DNA of 64,000 nucleotides from Acidobacteriota bacterium (GCA_039191605.1 JBCCXL010000025.1:2074-66073), one strand, 5' to 3'. Shown: positions 52,979 through 61,567, counted from the first letter of the stretch. The notes: a model not told the origin generated them from the sequence alone. Numbers and translations are program-made.

Positions 52979-53320
52979 GTGACTGAGGTGAAAGATCAAC
53001 AGCCGAATGCCGAGGGGGGCGAAGACCCGCTGGCGGACGCTCCGTGGACGCCGGAGGCTTCGGAGAAAGAGCAGCTGCGGCGCATCGCCGGAGCCAGCGT
53101 TGAGGAGCGAGTCGCGTGGGTAGAGGACATGCTCCTCCTGGCCTTCGAGATGGGCTGGGCCCAGCCGGTGCGGCCGGTGGATGCCGAGACCTGGGAGCGC
53201 TGGCGGGAGCACGGGCGGCCTCCCGGGGATTGGCGTACGGCCCACGACCCGTGGCCAAGCGCAGACCACCAAGACCACTATCAGGCAGCGCCGAGTCGAG
53301 TTGAGGAGGACGGCCGATGA
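52979..53320 (+). CDS. hypothetical 113-aa protein
   Basis: GTG start; the stop overlaps the next ATG (ATGA at 53317). No family was recognised. Confidence 0.4.
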   Translation: MTEVKDQQPNAEGGEDPLADAPWTPEASEKEQLRRIAGASVEERVAWVEDMLLLAFEMGWAQPVRPVDAETWERWREHGRPPGDWRTAHDPWPSADHQDHYQAAPSRVEEDGR

Positions 53321-54777
53321 ACCTTTCCCAGCGATGCAGACTTTGGTGGAGAGCCTTGGCCCTCGGAGGGATGGTCCTCTCCTTCGCCGTCGCCTGTGGC
53401 AGCGCGGGGACTCAGGAGCCCCAGAGCCCGGCAGATGCTGCGGTGGCGGGAGCTGACGTCGGTTCTGAGACGAGCTCTGAGACGGACCTCGAGGGAGGTA
53501 CCAGCGAGGGGAGCGCAGATCTTTCGGGGGAAGGTTCCGCTGGTGGTCAGGCGCCTGCGAATGACGCGGCTACGAGCGCAGAAGCTGCCGCCCCTCGCCC
53601 CGCATCCGGTTTATCCCTCGCCCCCCTGCCAGCCCTGGAGGATGAGCTGGTGACGGCTCTGGGCTTTGCCCGGACGGCGGTGGAGGCCTACCGTCAAGGG
53701 CGCTATGACGAGGCCCGAGGGGCGCTGAATCGCGCCGCGACGGTGCTGGAGGGGGCACCGCTGCCGCCGGCATTCCGCCGCGCCGGGCTTCAGCTGCTGC
53801 AGCCCTCCCTGGCAGCGGAGGCCGCCGACGGTGCTCTTCCAGCACCGTCCCTGGAGGAATTACGGCAGCGGCTGGAGGCGGCATCGGCGGATCGAATCCT
53901 GCGCCGCCGCCTCGACCTGACCCGCCGGCTGGAGCCGGTCTGTCATGCCCTAGGGGCCAACGCTCCCCGCGATGCTCGGCTGCTGGACGATATCGCCGGG
54001 CATCTAGTGGAGCAGGCGCGCAACCCCGGGGCCATCAATACGGCCCTGCGTCGCCGTGCTCGCCACGGTGCGGTGGTGCGGGCGGAGCTGCGCCGCGCTG
54101 GATTACCCCAGGAGCTGGAGGCGCTGGTGCTGGTGGAGAGCCGATACGATCCCCAGGCCCGTAGCCCCGCCGGCGCCCGAGGCCTGTGGCAGCTGACCCC
54201 CAAGACCGCCAACGGCTTTGGGATTCGAGGAGCCCAGCTGCTGGATCCAGCAGATTCCACCCGCGCGGCGGCGGCCTATTGGCGACAGCTGCAGCAACTC
54301 TTCGGCCCCGAGCAGGTCACCCTCGCCCTAGCCGCCTACAACGCGGGCGAGAATCGGGTGCTGCGCTGCCTCCGGCAGGCGGAGGACCCGCTGAGGCGAA
54401 ATTACGAGCACATCGCACCGTGCCTGCCGCCGGAGACGCGGAATCACGTGCCCAAAGTGCTGGCGGCCTTCCTGGTGCTCGCCGACCCCGAAGCCTTCGG
54501 TCTGCGGGCTAACGCCGGTCCCGGGGCGGAGCAGCGCGGCCAAGGCGCGGGATCTAGCGCTAGCGGAGGCGCAACGAGGAGTGAGACTGGCGGCAGCGCC
54601 GGAAGCGCCAGCGGGGCTCAGACCGCGGCCCGCGAGCACGTGGTGGAAGCTGGCGAGACCCTCTACCGCATCGCGCTGCGCTATGGGCTGGCTCCGGAGC
54701 AGCTGGCGCGCTGGAACGGGATCGCCGACCCCCGCTCCCTGAAGCCCGGACAGGTCTTGCGGCTCGCGCCTCCGTAG
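53317..54777 (+). CDS. lytic transglycosylase (SLT domain) lipoprotein with C-terminal LysM
   Basis: Lipobox FAVAC. SLT motifs LVLVESRYDP (catalytic Glu), GLWQLTP, AAYNAGENRV. LysM reads HVVEAGETLYRIALRYG...LKPGQVLRL. Confidence 0.85.
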   Translation: MNLSQRCRLWWRALALGGMVLSFAVACGSAGTQEPQSPADAAVAGADVGSETSSETDLEGGTSEGSADLSGEGSAGGQAPANDAATSAEAAAPRPASGLSLAPLPALEDELVTALGFARTAVEAYRQGRYDEARGALNRAATVLEGAPLPPAFRRAGLQLLQPSLAAEAADGALPAPSLEELRQRLEAASADRILRRRLDLTRRLEPVCHALGANAPRDARLLDDIAGHLVEQARNPGAINTALRRRARHGAVVRAELRRAGLPQELEALVLVESRYDPQARSPAGARGLWQLTPKTANGFGIRGAQLLDPADSTRAAAAYWRQLQQLFGPEQVTLALAAYNAGENRVLRCLRQAEDPLRRNYEHIAPCLPPETRNHVPKVLAAFLVLADPEAFGLRANAGPGAEQRGQGAGSSASGGATRSETGGSAGSASGAQTAAREHVVEAGETLYRIALRYGLAPEQLARWNGIADPRSLKPGQVLRLAPP

Positions 54778-55428
54778 ATTGGCCCGCCCTTCAGCTGTTT
54801 ACTCCTGAGGCTCAGCCGATCTACTCCTGAGGATGAGTCGGCTGATCCCTGAGGAGCACTCTTCTGATGGGGATGTTCTTGATGTGGCGCTTCTGGTGAG
54901 GCCTACCCTGGCTGATTTCATCTTGGCCGGGTTGCGTTGGGCGATGGTCCGAGACGGCCTCCGTCCTGAAGGAACAAGTTGTCAGAAAAGAAGCTCTGAA
55001 ACGGTCAGGCGTGCTGGGAGGTTTTCCTCGGAACCGAGATTTTCCTTGCTGAAGAAATTTATAAGATGGAGTAAGTATCTCCCCAAGGATGCTCTCCATC
55101 TGTTCTCGATTCGCTGGCGAGTCTCCTGCCACCGGGCTCGAGTGCCGAAGCCCTCCTTTCTTCCGGACCGAGCTCTCCGTGGTTCCCAAGCTTTAGCGAC
55201 TGATTCTTCCCTCTGCCGGGCCTAGGCCCGGCTTTTCTGTGGGCAGATTCAGAGGACGAGATCGTGGCTCGGGAGGGAGGAGCGGCTTGGGCTCGAGACA
55301 AAGAGATTTCGTGGTTTCGCGCTCGTTCAGCTTTGGAGTATCATCATCGAGACGATTCCAATTCAATCTCCCGTGGTGAAAACCGCGTACTCGAGGTGCT
55401 GGCGCTGCCGGTGCCCTTGCTGCGAAGA

Positions 55429-55452
55429 ACGGAACGCACGTTCCGTCCTTTT
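55429..55452 (+). terminator. intrinsic-terminator-like hairpin plus T tract in the 5' region of gene 55480
   Basis: acggaacg-ca-cgttccgt (8-bp inverted repeat) followed by ccTTTTat. Lies 28 nt upstream of ATG 55480. Confidence 0.5.
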
Positions 55453-55479
55453 ATCTGATGTTCTGAAGGAGAGAATCAC

Positions 55480-56271
55480 ATGTCATCTCATCGTCTAAGC
55501 CTCTTCATCGCCTCCATCGCCCTGTTGGCCTTGGCTCTCGGCGCCGCTTTCAACTCTCCGCTCCAGGCGGCCGATCGCATTTCCATGCCGGACTCTTACG
55601 AGCCCCAGGACCTCATCGCTGAGGACTGGCAGCCGTTGGGGGTCGACGCCTGGACCCGCACGGCCCTGAACGGGCACCAGCAATTCCTCGCCACCACCGA
55701 GCGCGGCATGATCGCTCTGCGGCCGGTAATTCACGAGCGCATGTCCTATGCCGTGGAGCTCTACCTGCGCCACGGCGACAAGGGTTTCCTGAAGGTCATG
55801 GAGCACCACCAGGCAACCCTGCGCAAGATCGATGCTCTCGAGGCGAAGCACGGCTCCGGCCCGGGCCTGATGAGCCGTGAAGCGGCGGGCACCTCCAAGG
55901 CCGCCGCGCCGCCGCCGCAATGCTCCATCGACGTGCTGGTAGATACCGGCCATGTCGGCTGCTACAACGTGGCCTATGCCGAAGGTGAGTACATCGCCGA
56001 TCAGGCTCCCTGTCTCGGCAACTGCGAGCTGTGGACCTTCGCCTTCGCCGGTCGCACCAGCTGCACCACCGGCGTCGAGACCTACGATTACGACATCACC
56101 GAGATCACCTACAGCGCTCCCGGTGGCGGCGGGCATTACAGCAACGCCTTCCACCTCACCACCGACAACGAGTCCTGCAACAACTTTGCTGAGGCGGAGT
56201 GGAATTGCAGCGCCGGGGGCTTCCTCTACGACTACACCACCGGCAGCGACTGCGGCTGCTGGGCCTGCTAA
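55480..56271 (+). CDS. secreted protein with helical N-terminal region and Cys-rich C-terminal domain (10 Cys)
   Basis: AGGAGAG Shine-Dalgarno; signal peptide MSSHRLSLFIASIALLALALGAAFNSPLQA. The C-terminal ~120 aa holds 10 cysteines and ends DCGCWAC. No family was recognised. Confidence 0.7.
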   Translation: MSSHRLSLFIASIALLALALGAAFNSPLQAADRISMPDSYEPQDLIAEDWQPLGVDAWTRTALNGHQQFLATTERGMIALRPVIHERMSYAVELYLRHGDKGFLKVMEHHQATLRKIDALEAKHGSGPGLMSREAAGTSKAAAPPPQCSIDVLVDTGHVGCYNVAYAEGEYIADQAPCLGNCELWTFAFAGRTSCTTGVETYDYDITEITYSAPGGGGHYSNAFHLTTDNESCNNFAEAEWNCSAGGFLYDYTTGSDCGCWAC

Positions 56272-56315
56272 GTCCGAGATAGCTTTCACGCTCGCGTTCG
56301 GATGGAACGCAAAGC

Positions 56316-56345
56316 AAAACCGCCGGCCCCTGGGCCGGCGGTTTT
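56316..56345. terminator. bidirectional intrinsic terminator between convergent genes
   Basis: AAAA-CCGCCGGCC-cctg-GGCCGGCGG-TTTT: a perfect 9-bp GC stem flanked by an A tract and a T tract. Confidence 0.8.
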
Positions 56346-56388
56346 CTTATTGAACGAAGCCGAGGGCCTCAGGCTGAAGGGGCCTTGC

Positions 56389-57630
56389 TCAACCGGGGTT
56401 GCCCTCGGTCTCCCGCCAGTGCTGGATGCGGCCCCAGAAGAGCTCGGTGAAGGGCTCGATCTCGTGGTCCGGGTAGAGGGCGCTGACCTTCTGGCGGACG
56501 GCGTTCTTGGCGGTCTCGCTGCCGAAGAACTCCCACACGATCTCGTCGAGATGGAGCAGGTGGCGGGCCTGGAAGTCCTCGAAACGGTCGACCTCCAGAC
56601 GCTCCCGGGCGATGGCGGCGTAGGCGGCGACGCGCTCGCGGTAGGGCAGATCCTGCTCCAGCACCTGGTAGTAGGGCTCCCAGTCGACGGTGCGGAGCAT
56701 CTTGCGGCCGGTGACGGCGCAGTACAGGGACCAGGCGATCTTCGAGCGGATCAGCCACGGGAAGTGGTAGTGCAGGGAGGTGACCTGGGAATCGGGGCAG
56801 GCGTTGGCGAAGTCGATGGGGTGGAAGACGCCATCGGCGCGCAGGGATTCGCAGGAGTTGAAGTCCCAGCCGAAGAAGGTGTTGATGGTGAGGGTCATGT
56901 CCTCCAGCAGCTGGCGCTCGTCGGCGCTGATCTGCGGAGTCTCCATGGTGTAGCGGTCATGGAGAGGAGCGGAGGGATCGTAGCGCACGATCTTGACCTG
57001 AGGGCCGAGGCCGACGCAGCGCACGAAGAGGTCGTGGGGCAGCACGGCCTTCTGTAGATGCATCAGCCGCTTGCCGCTCTCGTTGTAGGCCTTGTGGAGC
57101 TGCTCCGCGTTGTCGATCTTGTTGACCCCCACCCAGGCGCCGCCGTCGTAGGGCTTGATGAAGAGGGGATAGCCGATGGTCTCGCCGATGCTGTCGAGAT
57201 CGAAGAGGCGAGCGTAGCGGGCCAGAGTGGGCTCGAGGTCGGGGCTGGGCTCGTATTCTTTCTGCGGCACCAGCCAGGTTTCCGGCACCGGAAAGCCGAG
57301 GTGAGCGATGGCGGCGTAGGTGGTGGCCTTCTCCATGCTCTGCACGCTCCACGGATTGTTGAGCACGTAGAGCTGATCCATCAGGATGGATTTCTTGATC
57401 CACTCCCGGCTGGGGTAGTACCAGTGGGTGAGGCGATCCAGCACCACGTCGTAGCGGCAGGGCTGACGAATGTCGAAGGGCTCGATGGTGACTCGCTCCA
57501 CCTCGACCTGCACCGTATCCCCTTTCCAGGGCACCGAAAGGTCCAGTCGGCGCACGATCTCCTCGTAGCACAGGGGCCAACAAATATCTGCGCCCAGGGA
57601 AAGACCGATGCGCCGGGTGACTTCAGCCAT
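56389..57630 (-). CDS. ATP-grasp ligase, RimK/glutathione-synthetase-like (distinct from paralogs A, B and D)
   Basis: GYPLFIKPYDGGAWVGVNKIDNAEQL, LFVRCVGLGPQVKIVRYDP, and the N-terminal pre-ATP-grasp pattern RYDVVLDRLTHW. GAGGAGG Shine-Dalgarno 5 nt before the ATG, 27 nt after the esterase stop. Confidence 0.75.
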   Translation of the reverse strand: MAEVTRRIGLSLGADICWPLCYEEIVRRLDLSVPWKGDTVQVEVERVTIEPFDIRQPCRYDVVLDRLTHWYYPSREWIKKSILMDQLYVLNNPWSVQSMEKATTYAAIAHLGFPVPETWLVPQKEYEPSPDLEPTLARYARLFDLDSIGETIGYPLFIKPYDGGAWVGVNKIDNAEQLHKAYNESGKRLMHLQKAVLPHDLFVRCVGLGPQVKIVRYDPSAPLHDRYTMETPQISADERQLLEDMTLTINTFFGWDFNSCESLRADGVFHPIDFANACPDSQVTSLHYHFPWLIRSKIAWSLYCAVTGRKMLRTVDWEPYYQVLEQDLPYRERVAAYAAIARERLEVDRFEDFQARHLLHLDEIVWEFFGSETAKNAVRQKVSALYPDHEIEPFTELFWGRIQHWRETEGNPG

Positions 57631-57657
57631 GATGCCTCCTCGCTCGTCGAGCGAGCG

Positions 57658-58797
57658 TCATTCGTAAACCATCCACAGCGGGCCGGGGAAGAGCCACGAG
57701 AGGCCCTCCCTCAGGCGGTCCCGCCAATTTTCCCAATTGTGGCCGTCCCGAGCCTCGACGTAGCGCACTTCGAGGCCCGACTCCCGCAGCAGCGGGATCA
57801 GGGAGCGGTTGTAGTAGATCGGGCGTTCGTAGGTTCCACAACAGATGAATAGCTTATCCGCTGGGCGACCGGGGCGGCTGCGAAAGCGGTTGACGAAGGC
57901 CACCACCGGGTCGAAGACCGGGCCCTTCTGGTGCTCGCCGATGTCGGTGAAGGCGAAGGAGCCGGATTGCAGCAGCAGGCGGTCGAAGGTGCCGGGGTAG
58001 CTCCACGCCGCGTGCAGGGAGGCGACGGCGCCGAAGCTGGCGCCCATCAAGCCTCGAGACCCAGGGGCGTCGGTGAGGGGGTAGCGTTCCTCCATCGCCG
58101 GCAAGAGCTCTTCCACCAGGAAGCGCGCGTGCTTTGGATTGGCGCCGTACTCCACCAGTCGCTGGTCGCCGGGGGCCTGGGTCAGGGCGACGATCATCGG
58201 GGGGATCTCGTGACGGTGGATGAGGTTGTCGAGCACCGTCTTGAGCCCGGAATAGTCGAGGTATTCGAAGCCGTCATGGACGATCAGGAGGGGGTAGCGA
58301 GCGCGGGGGCGAAAGCGCGCCGGGAGATAGACCCCCACCCGGCGCTGCTCACCGAAAGCGGCGGAGGACACCATCAGGTTCTCGAAGCTTCCCGGACGGG
58401 CCTCGGGATCCGGGTGGGCCCATTCCGGCTCGACGTAGCCCTCGCTGTGGGCCACCGAGTTGGCGCCGAAGGGATCCCGCGCCAGGTGCGGGTTCAGCGG
58501 ATCCCGCACCCAGCTGCGGCTCTCCCCCTGATGGACCTCGAATTTGTACTCTACCCGCGATCCCCGGGGGAGCTGGAGGGTGGTGTGCCAGAGGTCTAGA
58601 TCCTGCACCGGATCCAATATCTGCCCGGTCTCGAGGCCGAAGATGAAGTGCTTCAGCTCTACTCGATCCGCCGAGCCGTGGTAGACGAAGGTGACGTCGG
58701 AGCCTTCGACGAGAGGGAATTCGTGGCTCTCCAGGAAAGCGTGGAGATCCTGGTGATCCGGCTGAGCGTCGAGAAAGCGATCGAGAACCGAGGTCAC
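57658..58797 (-). CDS. alpha/beta-hydrolase esterase (PF00756-like) with N-terminal CBM48/E-set-like beta-sandwich
   Basis: The N-terminus VTFVYHGSADRVELKHFIFGLE...WHTTLQLPRGSRVEYKFEV...WVRDPLNP has a CBM48/E-set pattern. The hydrolase core is YPLLIVHDG...RGLMGASFGAVASL (GxSxG). GTG 58797 overlaps the upstream stop (GTGA). Confidence 0.75.
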   Translation of the reverse strand: MTSVLDRFLDAQPDHQDLHAFLESHEFPLVEGSDVTFVYHGSADRVELKHFIFGLETGQILDPVQDLDLWHTTLQLPRGSRVEYKFEVHQGESRSWVRDPLNPHLARDPFGANSVAHSEGYVEPEWAHPDPEARPGSFENLMVSSAAFGEQRRVGVYLPARFRPRARYPLLIVHDGFEYLDYSGLKTVLDNLIHRHEIPPMIVALTQAPGDQRLVEYGANPKHARFLVEELLPAMEERYPLTDAPGSRGLMGASFGAVASLHAAWSYPGTFDRLLLQSGSFAFTDIGEHQKGPVFDPVVAFVNRFRSRPGRPADKLFICCGTYERPIYYNRSLIPLLRESGLEVRYVEARDGHNWENWRDRLREGLSWLFPGPLWMVYE

Positions 58798-60041
58798 GGT
58801 GAGTCTCCGGCGGGTAGCTGCGGTGGGGGGAGCTCGACTCCCGAAGCGCGGGATCGGGGGGAAGGCTGCGGTTCCGTGGGGTTGGCTCCCTCGGAGTTGA
58901 TCTCCTCGGTCCAGCGGCCGTCGATATCCTCTCCCTGACTGGAAGGGGGCCACGGCCAGTCGGGGCGCCAGCGCGCCGACTCGCCAGGGAAGGGGGCCAC
59001 GGATCCATCCGGGAGCAATCGCTTCACCTCGCCACCGCTGACGCATCGAAGCTGGTCTCCGTCGCCGTATTGGTGAGCGGCTTCAGGATGGAGAGAGTCG
59101 TGGTGGCTTCTCTTCCCGGCGTTGTCGTTGTCGTTGTCGTTGTCGTTCTCGTTCCCGCTGGCGTTCAGCGAAGCTGTGGGCCAGCAGTCGACGCTATCTC
59201 CCTGATCCAGGGTGAGAGCGGCCATCGGCGCGAAGCGGCGGGCGAAGAGCCCCACTCGCACCGGATCATCCAGCTGAAGCCGGCTACTGGCGTGGGGCAG
59301 GGGGAGCACCCCCGGCACCAGGCCTAGACCGCGGTCGAGGATCTCGGCGTTACCGGCCCCCTGGGGCGGTCGATCGTGGAACAGAACGATGTGCTCGGCG
59401 CACGCCATGGCTCCGGCGGACCAGGCGATCACCGGTTTCCCGACCAGGAGCTCGGGCAGGCCGAAGAGCCGCAGCCGATTCAGCAGCACCGCCACATGGC
59501 CACCGGCGATGGTCACCGCCGCGGCGCCTTCGAGAATGCTCGCCAGCTCTTCCCGATCCGGCTTCAGAGCCGCCTCGGTGCGGGCGCGCCACAGGGCATC
59601 GTGGCGATCGTGAATCTCGGCGATGCGGCGGCAGTGGTGACCGTCCAGGTGGCGCACTAGCTCCAGGGCATCCTGGCGCTCCGGGTCGATCAGCGCCCCC
59701 GGGTCTGGCAGGCGCAATAGCTGCCGGGTGCTCTCCAGCAGCGGATGCAGTCTGCGGCGGTAGAGGCGCTGGAGATCCTTGAGGCGATTTTGGCGACGGC
59801 GCAGGGCGTTGAAGAGCTCCGGGTGGGCTTCGAACGCGGCATCTGCCCGGGCATGGAGCCTCAGGTTGACCACTTCCCGGCCGACGTGCTCGCGGAGCTC
59901 GTCGACCTCTTCCTCCCGCTCCTGCCAGCCGGCGGTGACGGTGGCAATAGGGCCATCGATCTCGAGACGCCGCAGGGCGTCGACGATGATCGGCTGAAGT
60001 CGCTGGGGTCCGAGGAGAGTAACGCTGGTGGGGTGACTCAT
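58794..60041 (-). CDS. S51-family (cyanophycinase / dipeptidase E-like) peptidase with helical insertion and low-complexity C-terminal tail
   Basis: AVTIAGGHVAVLLNRL, the nucleophile motif PVIAWSAGAMA (G-x-S-A-G), and LPLPHASS (His) ~35 aa later. A ~125-aa charged helical insert lies between the first strands and the GG motif. Start taken at ATG 60041. Confidence 0.65.
   Translation of the reverse strand: MSHPTSVTLLGPQRLQPIIVDALRRLEIDGPIATVTAGWQEREEEVDELREHVGREVVNLRLHARADAAFEAHPELFNALRRRQNRLKDLQRLYRRRLHPLLESTRQLLRLPDPGALIDPERQDALELVRHLDGHHCRRIAEIHDRHDALWRARTEAALKPDREELASILEGAAAVTIAGGHVAVLLNRLRLFGLPELLVGKPVIAWSAGAMACAEHIVLFHDRPPQGAGNAEILDRGLGLVPGVLPLPHASSRLQLDDPVRVGLFARRFAPMAALTLDQGDSVDCWPTASLNASGNENDNDNDNDNAGKRSHHDSLHPEAAHQYGDGDQLRCVSGGEVKRLLPDGSVAPFPGESARWRPDWPWPPSSQGEDIDGRWTEEINSEGANPTEPQPSPRSRASGVELPPPQLPAGDSP
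59121..59153. repeat. hexanucleotide microsatellite (GTTGTC)4-5 inside the S51 gene (encodes NENDNDNDNDN)
   Basis: gttgtc gttgtc gttgtc gttgtc gttctc gtt, read directly. Confidence 0.9.
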
Positions 60042-60346
60042 GGGAGGTGCTATTATCCATGGGTTACGCCACAGCAAGAAGCCCGAGTCGAGGTCTCGCT
60101 GCATTCGACGAGATGGCGCTGAGCGGTGGCGGGGCAACTCACTCTCTCCGCTCCATTTTCTGGTTGCCGATCCAGCTCTGGGCTCCACCGCATTCCTTGG
60201 CTGGTCCCTTGGCTGCATCCCTCGACTGGTGTGCCCAACGAATCACCTTTTCGACAGTCTGATCCTGAGTTTGATTCGCCGCTCGGCCTGTCGTGGTCGG
60301 GCCGAGATTTCCCGCCTCAACCCGCCTCAACCATGAGAGCCGCACC

Positions 60347-61567
60347 ATGCACGTGCTATTCGTCGAGCCGTCTTTTCCCTACAACCAGATTCGCTTCGTC
60401 CAGGCCCTGGCGAGCGTCGGCGCCAGGGTCACCGGGATTGGCGAAGTGCCCCCGGATCACCTACCGAGCGCGGTGCGAGAAGCGCTTCACGGCTATGAGC
60501 ACATCGGCAACGTCTGCGATACCGGGGCGCTCTACGGAGCGGTGCGCCGAGTGCAGCAGCGGGGCTGGGTCGATCGCCTGGAGGCGACGGTGGAGGCACA
60601 CATTCTCACCGCCGCGAAGGTCAGGGAAGCCTGCCAGATTCCCGGCACCACCGAGCGCACCGCCTTCCTCTGCCGCGACAAGCCGGCGATGAAGGAGGCG
60701 TTGCGCCAGGCCGGGGTCCCCTGTGCCCTCTCTATCGGCTCCTCCGACCCGAAAGAGATTCGGGATTTTGCCCGCCAGACCGGCTATCCCTTGATCATCA
60801 AGCCTCGCGACGCCGCCGGCGCGGCGGGAACCTGGAAGGTGGAAACCGACGACGATTTAGAACGGGTGTTGCGGGAATCCGGCGCGGCGGCGGGGCGCTC
60901 CGTCGCCGTGGAGGAGTTCATCGAGGGCCACGAGGCCTTTTACGACACCCTCACCATCGGCGGGGAGGTGGTGTACGAATTCATCACCCATTACTACCCC
61001 GGGGTGCTGGAGGCGATGCGGACGCGCTGGATCTCGCCTCAATTCATCGCCACCAACCGGGTAGATGCGGAGACCTACGCCGAGGTCAAGGAGATGGGCA
61101 AGCGGGTCATCGAGGTGCTGGGCATCGGCACCTCCGCCACTCATATGGAGTGGTTCTATGGACCCAAGGGGCTGAAATTCTCCGAGATCGGCTGCCGGCC
61201 GCCGGGGGTCGGGGCGTGGGATCTCTACTGCGCCGGCAACGATATGGATCTCTACCGTCAGTGGGCGATGGCCCTGGTTCATCGACGGGTAGAGCAGCCG
61301 GCCTCTCGCCGCTTCGCCGCCGGCATCATCAACCTGCGGCCGGATCGCGACGGGCATATCGCCGGCTACGAGGGGCTCGAAGGGATTCAGCAGGCCTTCG
61401 GCGACTGGATTCTCGACTCCAAGCTGCCCAACCCCGGCACCCCCACTCAGCCGGTGGAGGCGGGCTATATGGCCAACGCCTGGCTCCGCATGCGCCATCC
61501 AGATTACGACGAGCTTCGCCGGATGCTCGATCTGGTGGGGAAGACGGTGAAGGTGCGAGCTGCCTGA
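60347..61567 (+). CDS. ATP-grasp ligase, L-amino-acid-ligase-like (paralog D)
   Basis: CRDKPAMKEALRQAGVPCA, GYPLIIKPRDAAGAAGT, VEEFIEGHEAFYD, ATHMEWFY, EIGCRPPG. Divergent from the S51 operon. Confidence 0.8.
   Translation: MHVLFVEPSFPYNQIRFVQALASVGARVTGIGEVPPDHLPSAVREALHGYEHIGNVCDTGALYGAVRRVQQRGWVDRLEATVEAHILTAAKVREACQIPGTTERTAFLCRDKPAMKEALRQAGVPCALSIGSSDPKEIRDFARQTGYPLIIKPRDAAGAAGTWKVETDDDLERVLRESGAAAGRSVAVEEFIEGHEAFYDTLTIGGEVVYEFITHYYPGVLEAMRTRWISPQFIATNRVDAETYAEVKEMGKRVIEVLGIGTSATHMEWFYGPKGLKFSEIGCRPPGVGAWDLYCAGNDMDLYRQWAMALVHRRVEQPASRRFAAGIINLRPDRDGHIAGYEGLEGIQQAFGDWILDSKLPNPGTPTQPVEAGYMANAWLRMRHPDYDELRRMLDLVGKTVKVRAA

Noticed and set aside
52023-53258. 411-aa minus-strand ORF across the glgA end, the NTase gene and the small ORF.
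   Set aside because: It has extreme Pro/Arg/Ala/Ser composition and spans three plus-strand genes and their junctions. It is not credible as a protein.
54821-55225. 122-aa (minus) and 130-aa (plus) ORFs in the 54.8-55.5 kb spacer.
   Set aside because: Neither has a Shine-Dalgarno. Both are mutually overlapping, Arg/Ser/Pro-rich and without motifs. They might be remnants, but they are not supportable as genes.
55400-55414. Sigma-54-like TGGCGC-N5-GTGC upstream of the Cys-rich protein gene.
   Set aside because: The spacing is right, but the -12 element lacks the conserved TTGC T residues. A terminator-like hairpin follows within 15 nt. It is too weak to call as a promoter and is mentioned only inside the finding on this spacer.
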